A stretch of 38,452 nucleotides of DNA, from NCBI RefSeq assembly GCF_000372725.1, contig NW_005202428.1:2243249-2281700 (forward strand). Direction: 5' to 3'. The DNA comes from Emiliania huxleyi CCMP1516. Lineage: Eukaryota. Below the pieces are notes generated by a model. That model made no database searches, was not told the DNA's origin, and saw only the letters and a program-made list of their open reading frames with translations. Positions 1 through 11,120 of this stretch are shown here, piece after piece. How positions within the stretch are numbered: position 1 is the first letter of the stretch; each line of letters starts with the position of its first letter. The position numbers and the translations under genes are program-made.

Positions 1-76
1 TCCCAGGCACGGTGAGTGACGTGAAACGCTGGTTCCGCACTCTTTTTACTCTTCACCAACCCGTTCTTTTTTTCGT

Positions 77-240
77 AAAAAGAAAGAAAGAAAGAAAACA
101 GACAAACCCAGACGAGGGATGGGGGAGGAGGACAGGGTCCCCACCTGCACGAGCAGGATTTTGGAAGGACGATCAGGGGGACAGGTGGGGCTCTCCTGCT
201 CCTGACAAGGGACACGACAGGCTCGCAGCGCGGTGCACGG
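77..240. repeat. Dispersed non-coding repeat, internally deleted copy A
   Basis: Shares blocks (aaagaaaacagaca, ggacagggtccccacctgc, aaggacgatcaggg, ctcctgctcctgacaagggaca, acaggctcgcagc) with 9490-9964, and more loosely with 34621-35091. Confidence 0.85.
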
Positions 241-351
241 CGGGCTCCCAACTCTTTTTTTCGTGTCGTGCGAGGGAGGAATAGCAAATTCTTTTTTTCG
301 TGTTCCCCCCAACCAAGAACGCCGCCATTCGCTTCGCATTGGGCTCCCGTG

Positions 352-3300
352 ATGCTGCTCGTCCAGCCTGCCGTATCTGGCTTCTGGCCTCCATTCGGGC
401 AATATCGCTGGGCCGATGAGACGGTGCGCGTCTCGCATCAAGCCAAGCGGGCGTCTATCGAGAGGTGCCGCCTCGGCGCCCTCGACCGCCACGTCCGTTT
501 GCATTTTTGGACGTCGCCACCTCTGAACAATTCCACCGCCCCTCCCGCTCAGGCGCAAGCGGCGGCAGCTCCTCGAAGTGGAGGGAAGCGGGCCGAGCGA
601 ATACACCGTCGGCGGCGTCGACATGGACTACTCCTCGCTCGACTGCCCGGCCGAGTGGCTCGACCTGCTCGACTCGGACCCTGATATGGGGGCCTGCCTT
701 CCGTGGCAGGAGCTCCTCAACCCAACGGTCGGCGCCGACTTCAAGACCCCTTTGGGGGTCGGGATGCGATGGGCGGGGGAGCCGTATAAGTGTGTCTCCT
801 CGCCTCTCTGCCACCGAGCCCGCTGCTGCCCACCCTGCCCTCCCTCGCCGGCCCTCCCTCACCGAGCCCGCTGCTGCCCACCCACCCTTGCCTCCAGGTA
901 CGCCGCGCCGGACCCATTCGGCGCCGACCCCATCTGCACCACCGGGACCATCGAGGACTGCAAGTACAGTACGCCGGAGACCCGCGATCTGCCAGGCGCC
1001 CCCCCCTCCCCTTCCTCCTCCCCTCCGCTCCCCCTGGCTGAAACTACCTCTTGCCGTTGTGCCCTGCAGACTTTCTGACGACCACCAAGGACCTGCCGGA
1101 TCCAAACACGAAAGGGTGGGGCGCAGCCAACGACCCAGCCACCCGCTCCTACCCGACCCTGACGGGCGGCGAGTGCACAAAGGACGACTCCGCAACGCAG
1201 TGGCTGGACTGCGGCGCCGCCTAGAGCCCGCGCCTCTTGAGTGCCCCGTATTGCGGCTGAATGCGGTTGGACGATGCATCTCTAGGCATCCCGTGCCCCG
1301 CGCCCTTTGAGATGACGACAAAGGACCTCCAAATCTCCTTCGGCGCGGCCCGTCGCGTGCTCGCCAACCTTCCGGCACGCACCCCTTTAGTGACCTCATC
1401 GGTGCACCTCCAGGCACGCCCGTGATCATCTTTGTCGCGCTATGCACGGTCCTCGGCCTGGTCGCCCTCAAAAAGGTGGGCGGCAAGGCGGAGAACTACT
1501 TTGTCGCGGGCCGCTCCCTCTCGCTGCCCGTGCTCGCCGCCACCCTAGCGGGGCAGGTGCCTCGCGCCCTCCATATGGCATCCGAGGCCCCGCACGCACG
1601 CCGACCTGACGCCAACTCGCAGACACCCCTCCTTCCCTCATTCGCGCTCTTTACGTACCTTTGCGCGCTGCCCTCTTGCGCAGGGTATCGACGGCTCTGG
1701 AACGATGGGGAGCGCACTCGGACCTCGCGCGCCTGACACTTCTGAGACGCGTCCGCGACATGTCCGCGACACGTCCGACTAGGAACGTCGACCTCGCGTA
1801 CAACTACCACTTCTGGGACGGCTTCGCCCTCCCCTTCGGCATCGGCTGGTCGCTGGTCCTCGTCGGCATCTTCTTCGCCAAGCCGCTCAACGACATGAAG
1901 CTCCTCACGCTGCCGGACGTGTTTGGGCGCCGCTTCGGGCCCGCCTCCGAGGTTGCCTTTGGCGTCTTCGCCATCGTCAGCTTCATCTGCCTCTTCGGCT
2001 CCAACCTCGTCGGGTTTGGCAAGGCGACGAGCTCGGGATCAGCCGAGAGCAGCCGAGAGCAGCCGAGAGCAGCCGAGAGCAGCCGAGAGCAGCCGGGGCA
2101 GCCGGGAGAGCAGCACGTGGAGATCGACCGAGATCGACCGAGATCAGGTGATCGCGTACGTCTTTGGCCTCGGCTCACCGTACGCGGGCATCTGCATCGC
2201 CGGCTGCACCGTCTGGGTTTACACGGTCGCGGGCGGCATGCTCTCGGTGGCTTACACCGACATCGTGCAGGGCTGCTTCGGTTATCTCGGCCTCCTCGTT
2301 GGCACCGCCTACGTCTACCACAACTTCCCTCGCGCGCCCGGTCGCCACCACCTTGCCCGTCGGGTGGCAACCGAGGTCCTCGTCACCCGAGAGCGCCGAG
2401 ATGTGCCGTGCAGGTGTCTCTCCCGGCTACCCGCTCGGCGACAAGAACGCCATCCCCGAGGGCATGAGTGACCCGGATTCGTACGACCCCATCCCGAACG
2501 CAATCTTCTTCAACTGGGTGACCATCATCGTCCTCGCCCTCGGCAACGTCGCCGCCATCGACTTCCAGGCGCGCGTTCTCGCGGCCAAGGACGGCACGAC
2601 GGCAATAGATGCCGAATGCGACGCACCATCGTCTCAGTCGTAGCTTATATGCTCCGTGCATCTTCTCGAGCAAGCACTCGGCATGCATGTCGACACGGTC
2701 CTCGAGGAGGCACTGCTTCTCCGGAGTCCACCACAGGCACGACGGCGCGACGCGGCTGCTTCATCGCCGCCGCCCTCGTCTTCCTCATCGGCGGCTTCAC
2801 TTCCGCCAACGGCGGCGCCATCCGCGCGCTCTACGGCCCGTCGTCGCCTCACGCCGAGTTTGTGGCCGACAGCTGCTCGCGGTACATCACGGTGGTGGGC
2901 TGCTTTGGCTCGGACTCGTGCAACGCCGTGCCCTTGTCGGGCGTGCCCACTTGCGGCGAGTGGAAGCCGGACCCGTTCGCGCCGCTCAAGATGATCACCT
3001 GCACCAAGGTCCGCGCGGCTTGCCCTCCTAGCTGCCGTCTGCCCGTCTGTGCGCGCAAGAGCGTGCGCGTCCCCCTCGCACGGCAGGACACATGCAACTA
3101 CTTTTTGGACTTCGACGGCAGCGGCGGCTTCGGCGCGGGCTCCGAGACGAACCATCCCATGAACGGGTGGAAGCTTCCGGCAGTCGACGCTGGTGTATTC
3201 AGCCCCGTCCGTGAGTGGTCCACAACATTCTTCCAGGTTCCTCGGCGGGTGGATGCTCATCGCGATCGTCGCTGCGTGCATGTCCACCGGCGACGGCTCG

Positions 3301-4427
3301 ATCCTCGCAATGGGAACATGCTTCAGTCACAACATCCTTCGCCGCTTCGCGCCCTTCGAGCAGTCCAAGCTGTTGCGCATCACTCGTGCGCACCCCCCTC
3401 TCCGCTCCCACTGCCATGGACATCACTGCACGCGCAGCACGCCCCCTCCGGACTCCCGCCGCCTCGCGCCGCGCGACCTCCCGCCCTCTCTGGCTCTCCG
3501 CGCCGCCACCAGCACCGACGCCCTGTGCATGGCCTCCGTGCCTCCGGTGCAGGCATCTCGACGGTCTTCTGGACTGCCCTCTCCATCGGCATGCCTGCGA
3601 GAGCAGGCCCGACTAGACATGTCCTCTCTCATCCACATGTCATGAACGTGTCTCTAGGCATCGCCTGCGCCGTCCCCGACCAGACCGGCTACCTCCTCAT
3701 CGTTGCCTTCGACATCATGCTCGCGGGCTCGGTGATCCCGCTCTTCGCGGCCGTCTACTGGCCGTCGTGCAAGCCCATCGCCGCCTTCGCCTCAATCATG
3801 GTGAGCTTAGCGCCCGCGCCTCGTTACTCCCCCCCCCCACACACACACACACAACCCACACACTGGAGCTGGTGCCTGTCTCAGCTCGACCGACGACCTC
3901 GACGGCCGATCGTCTCATCGCCCGCCACTCATCCAGCACCCTTCTCGCAAATAGGCGGGCTCCTTCTCGAGGCTCATCCTCGAGTTTGCGCTGCCCAAGG
4001 ACCGGCTTCTCCTCCTCCTGGGCGACTACGCTCAGACGTACGGCGCCGGCATCTACGACCCAAATATGCTCAATATTTTCCTCGGGATAGCCGACGGCAA
4101 CATCGACGACGTCTGCCCGCAGAGCAAGCTCGCTGACTACTCTGGGGTCGACTCGCTGGTCGCTCCCGCCGTCTGCGGCGTCACTCTCATCCTCTTCCAG
4201 CTCCTGCCGTGCGTGCCCACCGAGTCGAAGAGCTGGTGGTTCACGAAGGCGAGCGGAGCGACACACAGAGTAGCCGGTAGACGCGCCACGCAGCACACGC
4301 GCACACAACAGACAGGCTGCACACCCATCCTCGCCCCATTCAGGTGGAGCCTGTCGAATTTGTCGAAGGGGGAGGCAAGACCACGGAGGCCGAGGCCGGC
4401 CGCGGCATCGAGACCGAAGCCGCCTGA
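352..4427 (+). CDS. Sodium:solute symporter (SSS/SLC5 family, high-affinity choline transporter-like), multi-exon
   Basis: Exon peptides: ENYFVAGRSLSLPVLAATLAGQ; GIFFAKPLNDMKLLTLPDVFGRRFG; YTVAGGMLSVAYTDIVQG; ALGNVAAIDFQARVLAAK; IVAACMSTGDGSILAMGTCFSHNI; PLFAAVYW. Probable start ATG 352 joined by intron 465-552. Last exon VEPVEF...TEAA* ends at TGA 4425-4427. Confidence 0.85.
2041..2146 (+). repeat. Intronic 10-bp tandem repeats: (AGCCGAGAGC)x5, then GAGATCGACC x2
   Basis: Directly visible inside an intron of the symporter gene. Confidence 0.9.
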
Positions 4428-4961
4428 TGATGAGACCGCGAGACGCGAGACTACTGCCCTTGGGCTGTTGTTCGGCCCACCCGCCAGCGTGGCAGCCGCG
4501 CGAGGCCACCTGGGGGCACATCCATGTTGCATAAAGAGACGGGCGGGCGGGCGTTCCGCTGGAGCTGGCTGCTTGCTCGCGCTCCGCTCTCTCCGCTCTC
4601 CTCCCCTCCCTCCCTCCCCCCCGGTTCGCTCGCGCCTCTCGATCTCAAAGTGCTTGTACTTTTTTGTACACTTATCGACTTACGTAAATGGCATTATGCA
4701 TGAATGGTCTGTCTCTCTCTCACTCTCTCTCACTCATTTCATTCAAATGTTAATGTCACACAACATGTACATGTCATTCATGTTCATGTCATGTTGTGCA
4801 TGTGCATGCACATCACATGTCACATTCGGTCGATCGATTTCCGATCGACACGAGCTCGTAGCCCTCACTTACATAACGGCATTCAGCGTGGCTGTGCTCA
4901 TTAGAACTCAAGAAAAACCAGTGTCTCTCTCATGTCACACAACTTAAAAGAAACGAGAAAG

Positions 4962-5570
4962 GTAACTTGCGGTTGTGAACAGGGTCGTTTGGTTATATCC
5001 GCATGTTACAATCGCGAGGACGCAATACATGGCACACATTGCGGAATTCGCACTCTACCCCTCTCCGTGAAACTAAGAAGGGGATATGGGAGGAGGGTGG
5101 GATCAGAGAATCGAGGCCACTGGCCTCTGCTCCCGCCTGGGATCGCCCATTGCGACCCAGAGCTAAGAGAGACATCGCGAAAACCGCGCAATAAGTTGCT
5201 GCCGATAAGTTCGCCCAACGGCGGCGCGGCGTGCAATAATTGCAAATAGGAAACCGCGCCAGACCGGCGGCGCCGAAGTGGAACGGCGCCTCGCACGGCG
5301 GACACCAGCAATATTAATAACTGACTTGAGCCGCCATGGTAGGACGCCGCCCTGAATGATGACGGCAAAGCAACCCGAATAATAATAGCCATTGCTCCCT
5401 CAGTGTAAACGACTGTGAATACCGAACTCCCCCATTCACACCTAGTCACCGTGGCCCAACTGGGGTCAAGCCTGCAGTAACTTGCGGTTGTGAACAGGGT
5501 CGTTTGGTTATATCCGCATGTTACAATCGCGAGGACGCAATACATGGCACACATTGCGGAATTCGCACTC
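4962..5570. repeat. 94-bp exact direct repeat (4962-5055 and 5477-5570)
   Basis: gtaacttgcggttgtgaacagggtcg...gcggaattcgcactc occurs twice. Confidence 0.95.
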
Positions 5571-5681
5571 CCAAAGCTGAGGCAAAACCCAAACTGGAAA
5601 GCGAAGCCGACGAAGAGCGCGAGCACGAAGGCGGAAGAGATGTGCCTCGGTGACTCGGAAAAAGAAATACAAGCTGGGCGG

Positions 5682-6751
5682 TCAAGAATCCTGGCGCAGA
5701 GCACGCTGGATGGCAGCTGCCGACGACTCGACGACGCTGCCAATGACGGCCCCCCACGCCGCATCGCGGCTTGGGGCCTGCTGCCCATCTGGACCAACGA
5801 ATCCCCCCTCACTGCTGGACGACCACCCTTGAGGAAGTAGAATGTCATCCATCCGCAAAGGCTCGCCCTCGGCCATCCCCTCAACGGCGACGACGGGGGG
5901 CGGGGGCGGGCGAACGGGAGGCGCACTGGCTGCCCGCTGAGCGGCGTCGTCCCCCGTGGTCCGAAGCGTCGCCCGAGTGGCGCGCACGACAGGCGCGACG
6001 CGAGGCTGGGGGTCCGGCTCCTGGTCGTCGGCCCCGTCGCCGCCCTCGTCAGCGTCATCCTCCTCGCCCTCGACAAGCTCCCAGATTGCAGCAGGGATGC
6101 GCGCGACGAGCGACATCTTGAAACGCCGGTAGCGCTTGTGCGCCTCGCTCTTCCAAAGCCCATGGGCCTGAGCGACCGCCTCGCCGAGCTTCCAGACAGT
6201 GCCATTGTAGCCGCGGACGCGTAGCCCATGAAAGGCATACAAATCATCCTCGGGAACGCCGGCACGCAGCTGGAGATCCTTGAAACGCCCGAGTGCAACG
6301 TTGTAGATGAGAGGCCGACGCCGATCGAGGTCCTCGAGGAAGAAACACTCGGTCGGCGGGCGTGGCTGGCCGGGCGTGTGGGGCCGCCGGATGTGGAACT
6401 GCATCAGCCGAACAAACCACGTGACGATGCTGTACTCTGGGTCGGGGACGTCGCCAACAAACGACCAGTCGGCCCCTTCCCTCGCCTCGGGGCGCTCCTG
6501 CAGCTGATCCTGCTTGATCTTCCGGAAGCGCACCCACATGCCCCTCAACCCGTCGACGAACGAGACATCAAAGTCCCGAACGCCCCAATGGTCCTTGGGA
6601 TCGAACTGCTCGCGCCCCCCGTACGTCTTCGGGAGCCCCGATTCGGAGCGAGAGAACGTATTCGTGAGCGTAATGATCAGGAAGACAGTCTGAACATCCT
6701 CGAAGCAATCACGGCGTGCGACTCGGATGCACTCCTTGAGTACGGAGAGAG
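5682..6751 (-). pseudogene. Tyrosine recombinase, 5'-truncated
   Basis: The frame stays open upstream of the listed ORF to a TGA at 6752-6754 (EVPLSVLKECIR...TLTNTFSRSESGLPKT), with no ATG upstream of the first catalytic Arg. Catalytic set: R (FSRSE), K (RKIKQD), HxxR (HGLR), H/W (AHGLWKS), Y (HKRY). Confidence 0.8.
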
Positions 6752-7175
6752 GAACCTCAGTTCACTCGTCACCTCTCCCGCGAGCTCCCTTCTCTTTCTT
6801 TCGGGTATGGAGTCCGTGAGTGCGGGTAGCGTGCAGGCAATCACGGGCGCTATTTTGTCGTACTCCTCTTCGGCGAGCGCTCCAAATCTAGACCCTTTCG
6901 CCTTTAAGGAGGCTGCCCTCGCTCGTCTCATGCCTAGAGGGTGGCATCGTGGCCGGAAAAATTCTTTTCTGTGCACGGAGCTAAGTGCCTCGCCACCCTC
7001 GCAGGAGTCGCTTAGGCGGCTCCCGTGGTGTACCTGTGTTCGTGCCAGTGCGCGCCAGTCCCGTGCCCAGTGTTGTGCGAGGGAGTGGGTTGTAAGATTC
7101 TTTTCTGACTGGGCGGGGCTCTGCTTGTGGCGGCTGGTCGATGCTGGCCATAGCAGCCGCCGCGTGCTCTCGTCC

Positions 7176-9419
7176 ATGCGGCCCTCGCTGAGGCGCCCGA
7201 GCGCCGCGCGTGGCTTCGCGTACAAGGCCGCGCAATCGCTGACGCGGCCACGCATGGAGGAGTTTGTACTGGTGCGGCACGGCGAGTCTGAGGGCAACAT
7301 CGCCTTCAACCGCTCGGTCGCTGGTGATCACTCGCTCTACTCTGGTGCGTTTCTCGAGCGGCACTCCTCCTTCTGGCGGCTGTCTGATCGCGGCCGAGAA
7401 CAAGCGGCTGCAACGGGCGAGTGGATGAGAGCCCACATGGACGTCAACTTCGACGCACACTTCTCGTCGGAATACCTGCGCGCGATGGAGACGGCGGCGC
7501 TGCTCGAGCTGCCCAGTGCTCGCTGGCGGCCCGAGGTGATGCTGCGCGAGCGCGATTGGGGAGAGTACGACCTCGCGTCACAGGAGGAGCGGCGCAATGC
7601 GTTCGAGCAGTACGAGGCGAGGCGGCGGCGCGAGAGCCTGTTCTGGGCGCCACCGGGCGGCGAGTCGCTCGCGCAGGTTGTCCAGCGGATCGACAATGTC
7701 CTGCTCTACTGCAACCGGCGCTTTGGCGGCCAGCGCGTCATATTCGTGTGCCACGGCGAGCTGATGTGGGCCTTTCGGCTGCGGCTGGAGCGGTTTAGCG
7801 GCTTGGTGTACCGAGAGATGCAGGCTGACCCGCGACCGGGCGAGCGCATCAACAACTGCCAGGTCTGTATCTAGGCTATTTCCTACATCTCGGCTACCTC
7901 TCGGCTACCTCGGCTAGCCACGGGCCTTCAGTATCCGGAGCCTCGCGGACAGGTGATCACCTACTCGCGGCGTGATCCAGAGACGGGCGCCCTCGAGAAT
8001 GACTTTCGCTTCATGCGCTCCCTCTGCCCCTGGGACCCCTCAGCGTCCTACACGGGGTGGCGGCGGCTCGATCGCGGCTCGACGCTCCTCAGCAACGAGG
8101 AGATGCTGCGCGCCGTCAACGCGCACCCACGCATCGTCAACGATGACGCGAGCGGCGGCGGCTCCGATGCCGTGCGCCTGGCGGGCGACCCGGAGCAGGG
8201 GCTCAGCTGCAGCGGCGACACGCCGCTCGAGGGCGTGCGCACGCTCGCGGCGGCGGCGGACAGCGGCAGCGGCGACCGCCCGCCCTCGGCCGTGCCGTCG
8301 CCGCGCGGCGCGAGGCGGGCGCTCCTGCTCGTGAAGACCGCCCGGTGGCGGCTGATGTCCGAGGCGGACGAGGCTCGCCTCCCCGAGCGGACGCGTGCGG
8401 CGCTGCGGTCGGCGTGCGACGTCCACGAGCGCGCGGTGGCCTCCGTCGTCGAGGCGCTCAGCGAGGCGGGCCTGGCGGTGCGCGCCCTTGACGCGCGCGC
8501 CGCGCTGCCGTCGGCGGGTGCCGCGATGCAGTGGGCCGACGTGTGTCTGGCGCTCGGCGGCGACGGCACCATGCTCCGCGCGGCGGCGGCGGCGCCGATG
8601 CCGCGCGACGCGCTCATCGTTGGCGTCAACACCGACCCGCAGCGGTCCGTCGGGAAGTGGTGCGCGGTCGCACTCGACCCGGCGGACCTCGCCACCGCCT
8701 CGCGCGCATTCGCGGCGCGGATCGCGGCGGCCGAGTACGAGCCGCTGCTGGTGCCGCGGCTGCGCGTGTCGGTCACGGGCGGCGACGGCGCCGCCGCGGC
8801 CTTCGCGACGCAGCACGCGCTCAACGAGTGCTTCGTCTGCGAGGCCTGCCCGGCGCGGCCGCTCGACCTCGAGATTTCGGTCGATGGCGGACCGTGGCGC
8901 CAGTGGCGCTCCTCGGGCGCGCTCATCAGCACGCAGCGCGGCGCGTCCGCATGGATGCAAAACGCGTGGTCGGTGCGCGAGCAGCAGGCGGCCGCAGTGC
9001 TGCAGGCCGCCGCGGAGCTCGGCGGCGGCGGCGGCGGTGTTGGTGGTGGTGGTGTTGGCGGCGGCGGCGGTGTTGGCGGCGGCGGTGTTGGCGGCGGCGG
9101 CGTCTCACTCGCTGAGGTGGTGACCGCCGCCAATGGCCAGCTCCTGCAGCACGCAGACCCGACGGCCATGCAGTTCTTTGTGCGAGACGCCATGCCTCGC
9201 CCCGGCAGTTCTCCGCACGCGCCCACGAGCGGGCTCGGGGCGCCGCACGGCTTGGCGCGGCGCATCCAGATGCGTCTGCTGGGGTGGGATTCGGCGCTGA
9301 GCGTCGACGGCTTGCCGATGGTCTCGCTGCCAGCGCACGAGTGCATCGTGTCGTTGGAAATCGAACGCGACGAGCGGCTGTGGCTGAGGACAGTGCGTTC
9401 AATCGGCCGGTGTTTGTAG
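7176..9419 (+). CDS. Histidine phosphatase (PGM-like) fused to an NADK2-type NAD(H) kinase; exons 7176-7862 and 7953-9419
   Basis: Exon 1 contains RHGESEGN, SEYLRAMETA, LRERDWG, PGGES and VCHG. A phase-0 GT-AG intron (7863-7952) joins it to exon 2, which finishes the phosphatase fold and then gives VKTARW, WADVCLALGGDGTML, GVNTDPQRSVG, ALNECF and SSGALISTQRGASAW. The N-terminus is Arg-rich and acid-free. Confidence 0.85.
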
Positions 9420-9489
9420 CAGCCTTGGAGCACTTGGAGTGCGGTCATCAGCCTCACATCCAAGGGCGCCGCGGGGAGCTAAGAAGTGG

Positions 9490-9964
9490 AAAAAAGAAAG
9501 AAAGAAAACAGACAACCCAAGGGAGGGATGGGGAAGAAAGAAAGAAAGAAAACAGACAACCCAAGGGAGGGATGGGAGCGACGGCACGCCGCCACCATGG
9601 GGGGATAAATAAATAAAACGGACACACCAAACAAGAGCGGGGTGGGAGAGAAGGACAGGGTCCCCACCTGCGCGAGCAGGATCTTGTAAGGACGATCAGG
9701 GACACAGGGGAACGGGAGCGGGGAGCGCATCGCGACACGGAGGGGGGCTGGGCAGGGTTCACCCACACACGACAGGGTCCCAGCGCAGGGATTCCCCTCT
9801 CGTATATAGGACAAAGTTGCACCCGGCGGCACGGGGGCAGGCGCGGGCCTCCTACTGGTTGCGCTCTCCTAGTTCTCCTGCTCCTGACAAGGGACAGCGA
9901 CAGGCTCGCAGCACGGTGGACTCCCTATTCCACTGGCGATCTCTCTCGACTAGCGACCTTCCTC
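9490..9964. repeat. Dispersed non-coding repeat, composite copy B with tandem-duplicated head
   Basis: Two consecutive aaagaaagaaaacagacaacccaagggagggatggg units, followed by a body collinear with 34621-35091. Confidence 0.85.
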
Positions 9965-10139
9965 CGGCTTCTCGCACCAGCAGTCTCTCACTATCACGGG
10001 CACACTGACAGAGGCGGCCAAGGCTCACGCCGTGGGTGGCAGAGGCGGTGATAGGAGTCTCCCACTCTGTGGGCTTCGCTAGTGGTGCGGCCTACGCGTG
10101 TCCTCGCCCTTGCGGTCTTGAGAGGGAAGGGGAAGGGGC

Positions 10140-10290
<151 letters not shown>

Positions 10291-10369
10291 CGCGCCCGAG
10301 CACTGAAGCGCGCACGCTCGCGAAATTTCTTTTTCGCTCTTTGCTCTTCGCTCTTTGCTCTGTGTTAGT

Positions 10370-10447
10370 AAAAAGAAAGAAAACGGACAACCCAAGGGAG
10401 GGATGGGAGGACGGCACGCCGCCACCACACAGGGATTTTAAGGAGAG
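10370..10447. repeat. Dispersed repeat, short copy C
   Basis: Near-identical to the reverse complement of 29064-29153 (cccaagggagggatgggaggacggcacgccgccaccacacagggattttaaggagagg). Confidence 0.9.
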
Positions 10448-10677
10448 GGGTGAGGTGCACTAGCCGTCGCCCACCCTTGGGCGTCCGCCTCTTCCTATCT
10501 CTCTTCGCAGTCTCTCTCCGATTCTCGCTGCGACCTTCGTGCCACCTCGCGGTCGCCCCCTTCTCGTCGTGCTCTCCCTTGTCGCTTCTTCCTCTGTCGC
10601 GTCGCTCTCCTCTGCCTCGTTCTGCGACGCCGCCGCTCTGTGTTAGTGCCAGGGGGAAAGGGCTTGTTTTCCAGGTG

Positions 10678-11074
10678 TGTATTCTTTTTGCTTGGGGCGG
10701 ACAGCATGCTGAAATTCTGGAAAAACCTGACCGGCCCCTGCGGTGCCCCTACCTACCTACCTACCTACCTACCTTACTTATGGGAAACTAAAAAAGAAAT
10801 CACGGGCCTGGTGAAGGTGGGGTACTATACCAACTAGAGTGATGGTTGGTGATACTCTCCTGCAACCACAATCCTTCTTGTGACATGGCAGGCCACTCTC
10901 AAGCCCTACAAGCATCAGATCACCCATTTGGGGAAGGTTGACATCGTGATTTCCGCGGAAAATTTCTTTTTTTTGCTGTGAAAATTCCAGCTTGAAGAAA
11001 GGGAAAAACCCAACAAAAAAACCCAAACCTACCCTACCCCCGACTTGCTGTCCGCCCCAAGCAAAAAGAATACA
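10678..11074. mobile_element. MITE-like element with a perfect 29-bp inverted repeat at its ends
   Basis: tgtattctttttgcttggggcggacagca (10678-10706) and its exact reverse complement (11046-11074). Interior is more AT-rich, non-coding and has (CCTA)n tracts. Confidence 0.75.
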
Positions 11075-11120
11075 AAAGATGTTTTCCTTCTTTTTCGCGT
11101 TGCTGGGCGGCGGTACACAG

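Larger units (their letters stand above)
4962..6751 (-). mobile_element. 5'-truncated tyrosine-recombinase retrotransposon (DIRS order, Ngaro/PAT-like split direct repeats)
   Basis: YR ORF followed on the minus strand by a 94-bp repeat (5477-5570), a ~420-bp spacer and an identical 94-bp repeat (4962-5055), matching the B1-A2-B2 layout. No gag/RT/RNase H region is visible. Confidence 0.75.

Noticed and set aside
4735..4825. CATG-rich quasi-palindromic tract downstream of the symporter
   Set aside because: Low-complexity 3' flank with no defined structure I can support.
4962..5570. 94-bp direct repeats as a CRISPR array or LTR pair
   Set aside because: Only two long copies, both on one side of the YR ORF, without TG..CA ends; fits split direct repeats.
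6228..7175. N-terminal 316 aa of the 548-aa ORF 6228..7874
   Set aside because: It is the antisense of the recombinase plus intergenic DNA that happens to be stop-free. The phosphatase plausibly starts at ATG 7176 (or 7254), so this is not a recombinase-phosphatase fusion.
8040..9463. Long antisense ORFs over the NADK exon (and similar ones over the ARM, carrier and sulfotransferase genes)
   Set aside because: Shadow ORFs expected at high GC; low-complexity Arg/Ala/Pro content and no motifs.
9490..9580. Tandem ~40-bp units as a CRISPR-like array
   Set aside because: Two copies with no unique spacers, eukaryotic context and no cas genes.
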